64,000 nt of DNA, taken from NCBI GenBank assembly GCA_964106915.2, contig OZ066916.1; one strand, 5' to 3'. The position numbers and the translations under genes were made by a program. How positions within the stretch are numbered: position 1 is the stretch's first letter; each line of letters begins with the position of its first letter. This document shows positions 23,925 through 36,601 of this stretch, one piece after another. The stretch is from Podarcis gaigeae (taxonomy: Eukaryota). Below the pieces are notes generated by a model. That model worked only from the letters and a program-made list of their open reading frames with translations, was not told the DNA's origin and searched no databases.

Positions 23925-24245
23925 CAGTGTTTTTCAACCACTGTTCCGCGGCACACTAGTGTGCCACGAGATGTTGCCTGGTGTGCGATGGGAAAAATTG
24001 AAAAATTCGAAAGATTTAAAAATAAAGTATTTTATAATTTTTCATATTTCTGTTTACTTACTATTTCATAATAAAGTAATTATAAAATACTTTCTTTGTG
24101 TTTATTTGATTCCTATTCAAGAGAATTACTTTATATACAGTCAATATAGGCACAGAGTTAATTTTTTTTAACATTTTCTAATGGTGGTGTGCCTCGTGAT
24201 TTTTTTCATGAAACAAGTGTGCCCAAAAAAGGTTGAAAAACACTG
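23925..24245. mobile_element. Non-autonomous hAT (Charlie-type) element
   Basis: Perfect 15-bp TIR cagtgtttttcaacc / ggttgaaaaacactg; 8-bp TSD gcctatat. Confidence 0.93.
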
Positions 24246-24690
24246 GCCTATATATACAGTTTAGCACACACACTAGATTTTCTCTCCTTTAAAAACAACA
24301 ACAACAACAACTCGTTTTCAGCGGTAGATTCAGATCTGAGCGTATGAATTAAGTAGCTCCGCAGTGACCCAAGAAGGGTAACAAGGACCAGAAATAAAGA
24401 ATGTAATTTCCGAAGCATTTTGAAAGAAAGCAGGGATGGTGAACTAAGCAAGCCCTGAGTAAGGCAAGCCAATACAAGTCAGTCTTGAAGAAGGTGTGCA
24501 CGGGCCGGAAGAGCAGTCAACAGAAGCAAAGGCTGTGTGCACATCAGTGTGTTAGTGCACATGTGGGTCACACAGATCCAGTTTTTCCATGCGTGCTTGT
24601 GAAGACGTTCATCCACACATGAGCACCTTCAACTGATCTCCATCTCAGTGTTCCCTGTCCACACAAGTGGGTAGTAAACAATGGGATTTA

Positions 24691-24966
24691 CAGTCATACC
24701 TCAGGTTACAGCTGCTTCAGGTTGCGTTTTTTCAGGCTACAGACGCGCTGAAACCCGGAAGTACCGAAACGGGTTACTTCCGGGTTTTGGCGGTCGCGCA
24801 TGCGCAGAAGCGCTAAATTGTGCTTTGCGCATACGCAGAAGCGCTAAATTGTGCTTTGCGCATACGCAGAAGCGCCGAATCGCAAGCCGCACATGCGCAG
24901 ATACACCGCTGAGGGTTGCAAACGTGCATCCCGCATGGATCACGTTCACAACCCGAGCATCCACTG
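24691..24966. mobile_element. Tigger-like MITE, family A, with internal 31-bp tandem duplication
   Basis: TA|cagtcatacctc ... gagcatccactg|TA; (gcgcatRcgcagaagcgctaaattgtgcttt)x2 plus a partial third unit. Confidence 0.9.
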
Positions 24967-26379
24967 TATTCTGACTGTGTTGTCCTCACCTCTCAGTTAG
25001 CATTTCCCCATTCTCCCTAAATTCTGGAAACCTGAGGTCCATTGTGGGCATGCACACAGATATTGGCTTACACAGGTAAACACATGGCCAATTTGTTTGA
25101 TTTTGAGATAAAGGTTTTCAGATACACCAGACTTGCACAAGACAGTGTTTTTATGAGGGGCCCTTCAAACAACCAATTTGCTGAATGTTCCTCCTGATTC
25201 ACTTACATGGAGGTTAGATTATATTTGGCTTTTATTCAGCATTCTTTTTTATTTGCTTACTGAGCAATTAGACAAAAATCAGCATTTGTTCTGCATGCAT
25301 CCTGACGGGCTTGCGGGCTGTTTACCCATCTTCCCATTTGTCATTCCTTCATCCTGTCGAATGAGGGGAGTATGCACACATGTAAGCCTATGGGCAAGCA
25401 GAATTTCAGAACATTTGAAATATGCCTATGCTTGAAAGCTGGTATTGTTTTGGAAAACAGAAACAATAGGAGACCCAGGGATGGGACACACACACTTTAA
25501 AAAACATTTTAATGGCTCATAAAGAGCCTTAACAGTGGAATATGTTTTCTTAACCACTTGTTTAAAGGAGGGCAGACTATTTATGTAAACATCCCCCCCC
25601 CCAATTTGAACCCAAGCCCAGTCATCACTACACATGGTAAAGGAAGGGATTTCATATTCCTGTGTGCCAATGACTGGAACAGCACCAAAAATGCTTATTT
25701 GGCAATATGAGCATATAATCATGGAAGCCACATGTACAAATTTCCTACTAGAATACTGCTTTGCAGTACTTACTAAAAGAGTCACTATCTCAAACGTGGA
25801 GCACTCCTTGTCCAAAAACACTCAAGTTACTGAGCTGGTGAGTATACAAATCTGGAAAATGAAAGGCAATTATACACGCATATAATTTTATCACACTTTA
25901 GTGTGACCAAAAACCAAAACTGAGGGAGGGGCCATGCAGATGGGAGCAGCTTTGATATCAGTCAACTCACAGGGGCCAAAATCCCTTCGGCATCCCCAAT
26001 AAAATATTTGAGGGGGTTAGCCCCCCCCCAAGTTGATGGGCATTGCCCTTAAAATAGCGTGTGCGCACGTCATGTCATGTGATCGATTATGTGGCCCAGG
26101 GCTTACTTTCCTACCCCATTTGATTCAAGTTGGAACCCCTGGTGGTGGGAGTTATCCTGCACTAGGAGCAAACCGAGTCTCCACACCAATCGTGTCCCCA
26201 AGTCTATCCCTTAAAATGTTTTAAACTGCTTTTAACATTGTGTTTTGATTGTTGTGACCTGCCCTGTAATCTTAGGATAAGCAACCTGACAGCTGCAACA
26301 GGATCGCAACAGAACGTATTGTTGGAACTCCTCTTTAGAATCTTTTGCAGAAGAACAAAGGGCTAGGATTTAAGTGCTT

Positions 26380-26731
26380 GTGGGTGGCACTGTGGGTTAA
26401 ACCACAGAGCCTAGGACTTGCCGATCTGAAGGTCGGCGGTTCGAATCCCCGCGACGGGGTGAGCTCCCGTTGCTCGGTCCCTGCTCCTGCCAACCTAGCA
26501 GTTCGAAAGCACGTCAAAGTGCAAGTAGATAAATAGGTACCACTCCGGCAGGAAGGTAAACAGCATTTCCGTGGGCTGCTCTGGTTCACCAGAAGCGGCT
26601 TGGTCATGCTGGCCACATGACCCAGAAGCTGCATGCTGGCTTCTTTGGCCAGTAAAGCGAGACAAGAGTCGCAACCCCAGAGTCGGTCACAACTGGACCT
26701 AATGGTCAGGGGACCCTTTACCTTTACCTTT
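26380..26731 (+). mobile_element. Sauria SINE, near full length
   Basis: Head, core and (accttt)n tail as in other copies. Confidence 0.93.
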
Positions 26732-27301
26732 AGAGCCTTTTCACCTCCAAGCATCCTATTCCCCAAGGATCCCCAACTGGTGGACATCTACCTTTGCAAC
26801 AACTAAAAGGCCTGTCTAAGCACATATGATAACAAACCATAGACTTCCAATAAGTGAATACTTTACCCGGCTAAAGCACATGTCTTAATGCACAGCAGAC
26901 TATGCAAAAATAGGGAAATGGCCCACTTGCTCAAAGACCGAATTCACTTCAGTTACTGCCATGTTAGATAGATAGATAATACTTTATTCGGCTATAAGCC
27001 CACAAGGTTTACTGCCATGTTCATTCGCAACATGTAGTTTGGCAAGGAGATTATATGTGTCTCGTCTAGTTTGTTGAGACTAACAAGGATATTACTTGCA
27101 ACCAATCCCCTTAAATACCAATTCTGCACAGTAAAGATTAGCAATGCTACATCACTAAGGGCATTTTGCAGCACAATTATCCAAGTACATAAATCCCCAG
27201 GACTTAGGCAACATATTGGTGGCAGGAGAGGCAGGGTAGAGAGAGATGATGGGCTTGAAGTTGCTGTTCCCTTGTCAAGGAAGACTAGAATGCACAATAT
27301 A

Positions 27302-28299
27302 CCGTATTTTTCGCTCTATAACACGCACCTGACCATAACACGCACATAGTTTTAAAAGGAGGAAAACAAGGGAAAAAATTCTGAATGAAACAGCGGATGT
27401 ATCATTTTTGTGCTTCATGCTGTGGCCACAGACATGTGATTTGACAGTGAGTTTGGGGTAGCCCAATGCAAAAATCCTGAGAATCGGTGTGGATCTGTGC
27501 TTTGTAACCACGTTTTTGCACCATTGCAGCCCCAGGCAACAGTGGGAGTGTGATGTTTTTGGTGCAGGCTGTAGCCATGGACATGCTATGGGATCTGATG
27601 GTGAATTTGGGGTGACCCAATGCAAAGATCCTGAGGATCCATGTGGATCCGTGCTTTGTAACCACGTTTTAAGTGGGGAGGGAAGGAAAAACACAGAAGG
27701 GACAAGGAGCATGAGAGAGGTGTGCAGAGAAGCAGCTGGCTAACAATGCAGGACAGGGGTTTAACAGGAGGGAGGAAAGGAAGGCAAAAGTTTCCCCCCA
27801 CCCACCCAAGCCAGCCCCCCCCTTCCCCCACCTGCATGTTTTCCGGCTGCCTGCAAGTCCCTAGAATGCTGGACGCAACAGCACCGGAGCACGGAGAGGA
27901 GGTGGTGGCTGTCGGCTGCGCTCCTAGCCGACGGAACCTGAGCGGGGTGGGCTGGAGCCTGCGCACAGCGTGACTAGGAAGGAATTAGAAGGACACAATC
28001 CTTTCCTTTCCCCTCTGCTTGCCAGGAGGGCAGAGGATTTCCCTGCTCTTTGTTGCGTTTGAGCAAACACAGTAACCAAAAACAGAAGAGGGTGGGCAGT
28101 AAGACCCTGAGGCAGAATGCAGGAAAGCAGCAGCCTCCTCTCTGAAGCCTTCCCTCCTCCATGACGCGCAATCTGATTTTTGCCCCTGCGCTCGGGCCAG
28201 TCGGCTCCAGGGACCACACATTTGCTCAATAACACGCACAGACATTTTCCCTTACTTTTTAGGAGAAAAAACGTGCGCGTTATAGAGCGAAAAATACGG
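27302..28299. mobile_element. Tc2/pogo-like non-autonomous element, family B (998 bp)
   Basis: TA|ccgtatttttcgctctataacacgcac ... gtgcgcgttatagagcgaaaaatacgg|TA; internal direct repeat at ~27449-27518 and ~27603-27670. Confidence 0.9.
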
Positions 28300-30703
28300 T
28301 ACTTTAGATTTGCTAAAGAATATTCTGCTGCTACTGCAAGCCAAGGCCACATTGGCTTCAGCATACACTTGAGAGGTTTTAAGTGTGACACATTTCATGA
28401 TTTCAGTGACGAGAAGCTTACATTTCCAGAGAGCAAAGGGAACGCTAGTTCTTCCATAAGAAGAGCTGGATATGAGAATAAACCAGAGCTGCAAACACTG
28501 AAGCTAATTCATAGATGGATCTTAGCTTTCTAAAAGGCAGTAGGAAGATGTGATTCTGCAGGCGCTTAACCTTTCTACTCCCAAAGGAAGCCTTTGCACA
28601 TACTTGAGTGCTTCCTTCTGAATCAGCTTGTCTAAGCTCCCATGCTTGAGAACTGAGGCCTAGGATTTGGCTGCTCAAACTGGGCTGCCATAAAGAGTCT
28701 TGCTTAGTAGGGTCAAATATGCATCATTTAGCAAAGTTCTGCTAGCCAAGCCTCAGGTTGCCAGTAGCCATCACAAGCAGCAGAGACTCCCCTCTGATGC
28801 CCAGTGTCTTTCTTTTCTGCTTGCTCTTAGATGAGACTGCTTGCAATGGCTGCCAGCAACAGGGTCCAGCTGCTATATTTTCCATATAATACAATACTGC
28901 AGCCAAGATTAGGGCCTCAATAGCCACCGAGAACAGGTGTCTGTTGTGGCCCCCTTCAAATGGTTTTGGAAGTCTCCAAGGAACAACAGCAGTTCACGTA
29001 ATGGGCTGCCAGCTGCAAAAATCCATCTACACAACCATCAACACTAAAGATCTCATTTTTCAAGCGTTTCCCTCCCCGAACAATTTGCACTATTGACATT
29101 AAAGGGTCTATTCACAAAATTAAGCATGAATCTGAAGCACAGGCCCAAATGACTGAAGCAGCTTTGTGGGTTATCCAAACAGGCTCTTTTTATTTTATAG
29201 AGTATATCATGCCTTTTGAAAGTGGGGGGGTTTACGCGGTGGTACATAACGAGATATATAAACAGTCATAATGAAACAATACAAATAATGAACAGCACAG
29301 CTAAAAAGTTTTGTTAAATGAGCCTGCATACACATATAACGCAAACTGAAAATTTCCTGAAGAAAATGCCTCCTAAGAGTATTTAAAAATGTAAAAGAGA
29401 GAGAGGCTTCCCGGATTTCCTCAAGAAGTGAGTTCCACAGTCACGGTTCTGCTGCAGGAGGCGCCATGTTTTCTATCTGCAACAGGTATGGGAGCCAATA
29501 ATAACTTCAGTCTCATCAAAGCGCATCCTTTGGGGACTTGCTATGCAGTATGCTGAAAACACTTTCTAATTTCTGCCTGAAATCATGTTTCCTTAGCAGC
29601 TTTTAAATGCATGTACGGTTGCAGCACACCATACACAGAGATTGGGTTCTTGGCAGAGCGCATATATGTGAAAATTGTGTACAGCTCAAATTACGTATGG
29701 TAATAAACTTTTGAAATCAGGGGAAGAGAAAGAGGAGCTTTTCCACGGGCTAGCAGGGAGGCGTATAAGACCAGCAGGGTTCTCTGCCCACTTCTCCACG
29801 GGCTGCAAACTTTGTTCCCAGTTCACTTCCTGTCAGCTCCACTGGGCAACATTCCTTGCAGAGAAGTAGGAGGAACGCCATATAAAAAGGGGAAACTTTT
29901 TACCTTGACTCTCAGCTTGAGGAAAACGTTCTCTACTCCCTCAGCTTCCATCTCTTCCTTCCTGTTTACTTCCTTGGGACCTTTTCCCCAGTCTTTCAGG
30001 GTCTTTCCCCCAATAAACCCAGGGGCAGCAACTAAGTGCGTAAAACCGAATTCATGTAAGTAAAACACATGTATGAAGCAAATTGACTGTACGGCTTTCA
30101 TAACGGCAAATACCAATCAGCTTTGGCCTGGGCAGATTTCAGGCTGTGTTTAGAAACCAGAAAGATCCCACACTACTGACAGTGTTTGCAACCCACTTTT
30201 TAACTTGGTGTTTCATTTTGTATTATGGAAGGGACTCCTATGCTCAATTTGGCACCTGATTGACAGCCTGATATTGCTGCCAAGATACCAATGCACCAGC
30301 AACACTCCACAGATTATACTCTAAACATTCAGGCGGCATTATATTTCACGGCTTGATTTACAGTAGTCAGGCAACCCTGTGATTGACTACTTAAGTCTGG
30401 TCAACATTTCTGACAAAGATGAAGAGCTTGATAGAAGCAACTCCACCTTTTCGGCAATAAGACAGGAAGGGAGGTACTGTGCTTCTATAAAGGCAAACGT
30501 TTTAGGAATAACCCATGCAGCATATCCAAACTCAGCTAACAGAACAGGTGGTGATATAATAGATATTTAAGCAAATCACTGGATCCATTCTAGATCAAAG
30601 CAATTTCCTTTTCTTGTGCACTGGTATACACACCACCACACAGAAGACCATCAATGCATTAGGAAGGCAAGGCTCCCTCAAAATACTGAACCAGTTCCTG
30701 ATA

Positions 30704-30955
30704 CAGTGGTACCTCGGGTTAAGAACTTACAGTGGTACCTCGAGTTAAGTACTTAATTCGTTCCAGAGGTTCGTTCTTAACCTGAAACTGTTCTTAACCT
30801 GAAGCACCACTTTAGCTAATGGGGCCTCCTCCTCCTGCTGTGCCGCTGGAGCACAATTTCTGTTCTCATCCTGAAGCAAAGTTCTTAACCTGAGGTACTA
30901 TTTCTGGGTTAGCGGAGTCTGTAACCTGAAGTGTCTGTAACCTGAGGTACCACTG
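30704..30955. mobile_element. Tigger-like MITE with duplicated left terminus
   Basis: cagtggtacctcg at 30704 and again at 30730; right end gaggtaccactg|TA. Confidence 0.9.
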
Positions 30956-31879
30956 TACTTACCCTGCATCCAGTTGCTACAGTCAAGAAATGGTTCTTGA
31001 TGGGTATCCTTGAGCTGCAATGGTGTCTCTCCCCAGACACAATTGCTTCTCATCTTTCAATCAGTGGGCCAGGTGAACAATCCCTCCGTTCACCTTTCAG
31101 ACCATACCCAAGTAGCCAAGGACATGCCTTGCTAGCTGAAGTCCCCAGCATCTCTAGTTAAATATATTGGAAGGGCTGGGGAAGACCTGAGGAAGCTGCC
31201 CCAAACAGGGTACTGGACCAGATGGGATCTAAGTCTGACCCAGCACAATACAGCATCCTTTTTTTGTTATAAAAAAAATGGGACATCTGAACTGGCTTCC
31301 ATGCCCTCCGTTATCTGTTCCCACTGTACAAGATTATCTTTGATGCCACTGAAATTAACAGCAGACAGCCTGGCCGAGTGCTAAACTATTTTCGGCAACA
31401 TCCAGTAATTGTTAAATTGTTACTTGCTTTGAGCCAAAACAACAGGCTGAACAGCTGGCTTTGGCCAAGCCAACATTTTGATTGAATGCAGTTATGTATC
31501 ATTACGTAACAACTTTGGGATGGCTACTCTGGTGCTAAACACAATCAATTATATTTATGTTGGGTACATCCTGAAATATCAGAAGGCCACGTTCAAATTA
31601 AACAGCTTGTTTGTGGAAAAGAAAGATCCCAAATGGTGGCTGATTATATAACAACATTATAAGCATTTCACACAGAAATCCATATCCCCCCAAGGATAGC
31701 ATCATCATGACCAATAGAAGTTGACACATATTTATCAACCAATCAAAGCAGAATGAGTCTAGGAGAGGGTATTATTTTAATTGAAGCATTTCCCCCCTGT
31801 TAAATCAAAATGGCTTTCTGAGTGACGTACAACAGTCCAAGAGAATACTCCAAGGAGAGATCATGACTTCCTCTTACTC

Positions 31880-32215
31880 TTATGAACCAAGCTGGGCCCT
31901 GTGATCATCACCTGAGGCTCTTTTTTGTGTGCTCGCTCCGCAAGAGGTCCAGAAGGTGGCAACATGAAAATGGGCCTTTTCCATGGTGGCTCCCTGTTTG
32001 TGGAATGCTTTCCCTAGGAAGGCCCACCTGGTGTCTTCATTACATATATTTAGGTGCCAGGTGAAAACGTTCCTTCAACCAGGCCAAAGGCTGGTTAAAC
32101 TATATATGTGTGTTGGGTTTTGTTTTGTTTGGTTGCATATTTTGTGTTTTTACACTGTAAACCACCCAATGATCTTTAGATGCAGTATATAAATATAATT
32201 AATAATAATAATACT
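31880..32215 (+). mobile_element. Old L2 3' fragment
   Basis: RAF..VAP.LWNA.P.EA-like region, T-rich UTR, taataataa tail. Confidence 0.65.
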
Positions 32216-33461
32216 GTAGAATTCACATGCTTCCACTTCATCTCCTTCACCTACATAAAGGTGTTGGACCATTCCCTACTTCACAATTGTAAGTGGATTA
32301 CATAAGGGACCTACCATCAAGACCTCTGTGAATTCTGGGATTTCAATCTGGATATTTCAGATCCAGTACTCTCACCAGTGCTCTCACTGACGATTAACAC
32401 TTTCTCATATTATCAGAAATGAGCTACCTGCTGCGGGCTCAACCTCCATTTCTGAATATCTGAGAAGGAAACTTAGGATTGGTGGTCTGACAGAAACTGC
32501 TTTGAAGGTCCCCCAGATACCCTAAATGCAAAAAAGATATCTGGATAAAACAAGAATGATAAAACCCCTCATTGCATCAAGATAGATTTTTGCAAGCTGT
32601 TGAGCAAGTCAACTTTCCCCTTGACCTGCTTGCTCAGGAATGGAGAGAGGTCCGTTGTGTGTCATCAACTGTTATTTCTACACATGAACTACTATGAGAA
32701 TGAATGAATGAATTTTATTTATTTATTTATTGTCCACCCTTCACCATAAGGTGAATCTGGCTGCAAGGAGTCAGGAGGGCTCAGAAAGGCTGATGCAACC
32801 CACACATTACCCTACTGAAAAACAGCCTGCCAGAGAATCACAACGCAAGGATATTTGTGTTTAAAAATGTCAACCATGTCAGACATGAACCACCAGAAAA
32901 CTTATATTGCTGGGTTGTTGTTGTTGATGATGATGATGATGATGCCTAACTGCACAGGCCCACCCAATGTTGCATCATCCACAAAGAGCAAAACACGCAA
33001 GGAGTCTGTTCTGCTGGTACAAACTAGCTGAGCTGCTGCTTATTGCTGCAAGGGCGCAAGCGTAAACAGGGCATCAGTATTCTAGAGCAAATGCAACATG
33101 CAATCACAAGCAGATGCTGGAAAAGCAGGCCTTACAGATTTTGTATGGAGGAGGAGCAGCACTCTTCACATTAGGAAAAGGGGACTACCAGTCCCAGCAT
33201 GCAATGCTCACATATGGTTTAGCATTGCCATTAAGGAATGCTATTCAGCAGAATCCCAAAATATCCACCCAAAAGCACTCTGGGCTGATTTTATACTGTC
33301 TAAAAACAGGCCCAGAGTCAGCACTAGGTGTCCCCCAGGACAGTTGCCGGGGTCCCAGTACCTGAGAAAGGCTCACTAGCATCAACACCTGCCTGGGCAT
33401 TTTATGTCTCGAGACAGGTGGGTTGTTGAGCCTTCGTTTTAATTTCCCTTATGTCCTAGAG

Positions 33462-33597
33462 CAGTGTTTCCCAACCTTGTGCCTCCAGATGTTTTTGGCC
33501 TACAACTCCCATCATCCCTAGCTAGCAAGACCAGTGGTCAGGGATGATGGGAGTTGTAGGCCAAAAACATCTGGAGGCACAAGGTTGGGAAACACTG
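33462..33597. mobile_element. Palindromic hAT MITE (MER5/URR1-like)
   Basis: Two perfect 58-bp inverted arms around a 20-bp loop; 8-bp TSD tcctagag. Confidence 0.95.
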
Positions 33598-33659
33598 TCC
33601 TAGAGTGATGCTAGGTTGAATGATCTAGGGCATGGTAGCAAAATAAAATGGTAGCATTT

Positions 33660-33767
33660 TTTGCCTAGTTTTTAATATGTGACATTTTAGTGTATTTTTC
33701 ATCTTTGTTGGAAGCCGCCCAGAGTGGCTGGGGAAACCCAGCCAGATGGGCGGGGTACAAATAATAA

Positions 33768-33811
<44 letters not shown>
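33660..33811 (+). mobile_element. Young L2 3' tail with (ATT)n
   Basis: ggaagccgcccagagtggctggggaaacccagccagatgggcggggta. Confidence 0.85.
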
Positions 33812-33812
<1 letters not shown>

Positions 33813-34699
33813 GTGTGCATATTTTACAAGGAATTTTCCCTAATATAATGCATGTTCAGGTTATTTTCACCAATATATGCCTATTTGTGGGTACCTGTAT
33901 TAGTTCGGAAAGTCCTAAATAGTAAGTTTGCAGTGTGAATTGAACCAATTTCTCCATCCCCGGCTTGGGCCCACCCCCTGACCCCTAGCACTGAGTTCAC
34001 ATGGGCTGAATCTGGACCTCAAGATTCCTAACGCTAAGTGATTTAGGGCACGTGTTGTTTTCAGCTTTTGCTTTTTAACAGTGTTACATGTCATGCCTCA
34101 GAAAATCCAGAGCAAATGTCACCATGCTTGACTCAAGCTAAATGAATTATTCAGAATAAAAACAGAGTACGTCCTTACATGAAGGCACTTGCTTGAGAGC
34201 AAGAGCTGACTATCTGGAAACAAGATGAATTTGCTCACCCTTTCCACACAAGTCCACAGTTTTCTCCTTGAGCATTTCACTTGCCATGTTAGGCCAGAGT
34301 GAACTCCCACTGTGGCGTTTCCAACCACTTCCAGCCTCTGCTAGAGTTCTACAAACCCACATCAAGCCACACACAGGAGGGGCATTGGGTCAATACTGCT
34401 GGCAAACTCTTCTGGATGTTCTCAACCCATCCCTAGCCGCTTGCTGAGGACAACTGTGGCCAAGGGGGAAAGTACGGCAAACAACTGCCTATCCTACTGC
34501 TTCTCTGCTCACTCTTTTTTTCTAAGAACTTTATAAATGCACAGTGAAATACAGGATAAAGTGCTTCTATAGCTATGATAAACATCTTACTTTTTGCAGT
34601 GCTCCCAGGTGAACAAAACAGGATGTAGCAGCTTACACTGATTTGAACCACAGATTTCAGCATGCAAGTTGCCTTCTTAACAAATTCAACTGCTTGGAT

Positions 34700-34876
34700 C
34701 CATGTTTCCCAGGTAGTGGTCTGTGGACCCCAGGGGGCCTGTGTAACCCAGCCAGGGGGTCCATGGCACCATTCACATAACAAAAACTACCATGGATATA
34801 TCAAAAGTAGGGGGTCCATGACTTGGCTTTTGAAAAACAGGAGGGTCTGCGGTAATTAGCTAATTGGGAACCACTG
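34700..34876. mobile_element. Old hAT MITE
   Basis: Degenerate TIR (ccatgtttccca / tgggaaccactg); TSD gcttRgat. Confidence 0.65.
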
Positions 34877-35722
34877 GCTTAGATGTTTGTTGGAGCACCG
34901 ATATTGGCTTTATCGGTTGCTTTTGTATCCTTTTAATATCGAAGTTGAACTAGATCCTTTTCACATAACCAACATGAGAAGGAAGGCAATTACACTTTTG
35001 TTCTTGGTATCAGAGGTGTGTGAAATCATACTCTCTTCATTGCAGTACACTGTGACCTATTACTCACCAGCCCCATGGGGTTCCTGTTCCATTACAAACA
35101 ATTCTCTCTTGTACTCACACAACTGTTGTCTCCAATTCTATTTCTTCCCCCTCTTCTTTCTGTATCTGCATCCTTTAATTCCCATCGACTCTCTTGTTTC
35201 TCCCAGCCCTTGCATCCTGTATGACTTCTTTTGTTCTCTGCGCGTTAATTTCAGCTCTGAGTTTGCAAGCAACACTTGGGTCAGGATAACTGCAGTGGCT
35301 TCTTTCACTTTCAGTTTTATCTCTTTCAAGCCTTGGTTAATGTTCTTTCTGGCTCGCAGTTTAAATTGAAGCCAGCTGATTTTTATCAAACTGCCTTTGA
35401 TGGAGCGATCTCTGCTCATCCCACTTTCACTCCTAGCAACAGGTTCTGCAGGTATCTGTACTGTTCCAAAAACTATAACACCTGTGTTAGTGGAGGTGGC
35501 AGGAGGTCAAAGAAATCAGTAAGACCCGTTAGGTGAAGTGAGGCTTGCCTCAACTCACTTTAAACTCTTTTGATATATAGAGACATAATATTAAAAGGCC
35601 CCCTGAGTGTTTTCAAAGGTTTGATTATCTCCTTTTAACACAAAACCAACAGCTGTCACATGCTCTTTCACACTGCCTTGCTGGCCAATCTCTGCCACCT
35701 CCTATGACTATCAATAGTATAA

Positions 35723-35975
35723 TTTTTATTTATACCCCGCCTTTTTCCCTGATGGGACTCAAGGCAACTTACAGTTCTCAAAAGTCTGCTGGAACAAAAA
35801 AAGTATTCAACCTGCCAGTGGAAGGACAAAAAGGAAGGAGCTAGTCTAGCTTCTCTAGGGAGGAAGTTCCAGAGTCTGGGAGAAGCCACCAACAAGGCCC
35901 TCTCCCGTGTCCCCATCACAGGTGCCTACAGAGTAGGGGGACTAAAAGAAGGGCCACCCCTGAAGATCTGAAAAC
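35723..35975 (-). mobile_element. L2 3' fragment
   Basis: GTRERALLVASPRLWNFLPREARLAPSFLSF on the minus strand. Confidence 0.75.
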
Positions 35976-35984
35976 TTGGGTAGG

Positions 35985-36556
35985 TATTTACGGGACCGCC
36001 ACTCCTGGTCTGCGCCACAGAGGACCTTAAAGTCCATAAATAATCATAGTTTAGAGGTCCCGGGCCCTAAGGAAGTCAGACTATCCTCCACCAGGGCCAG
36101 GGCCTTCTCAGTGATGGCACCAACCTGGTGGCATGCTCTGTCCCATGAGACTAGGGACCTGCAGGATTTAACCTCCTTCCGCAGGGCCTGTAAGACAGAG
36201 CTATTCCGCCTGGCTTTCAATTTGAATTTAGCCTGATCTTTTATTTCCCTCTCTTCCCTCCCTCTCCCCTTTTTATGAAGATTACCGCTCTGGGACCCCA
36301 CACCTAATTCTCCCCTGGTCTCCTTGCTGGCCCAAATAGGACTAATTTAGCCAGCTAGCCCTGGTGATCATCTAATGTTTATTGGATGGTTTTTCCCCTA
36401 AATTGATTTTTGAGCTTTGAATTTATTGTTATTCACGCTTTTATACTGTATTTGATGCTGTTTTTTGATGTATCACAATTAAGTGTTTTAAATTTGTTGT
36501 TAGCCGCCCTGAGCCCAGTTTTCTGAACCGGGAATGGCGGGGTATAAATTAAAAAA

Positions 36557-36600
<44 letters not shown>
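35985..36600 (+). mobile_element. L2 3' fragment with long 3' UTR and (ATT)n tail
   Basis: YLRDR...RTLKS...RARAFSVMAPTWWHALSHE...FRRACKTELFRLAF. Confidence 0.8.

Positions 36601-36601
<1 letters not shown>

Noticed and set aside
24795-24875. Short direct repeats resembling a CRISPR array
   Set aside because: Spacer-free tandem duplication inside a eukaryotic MITE; no cas genes
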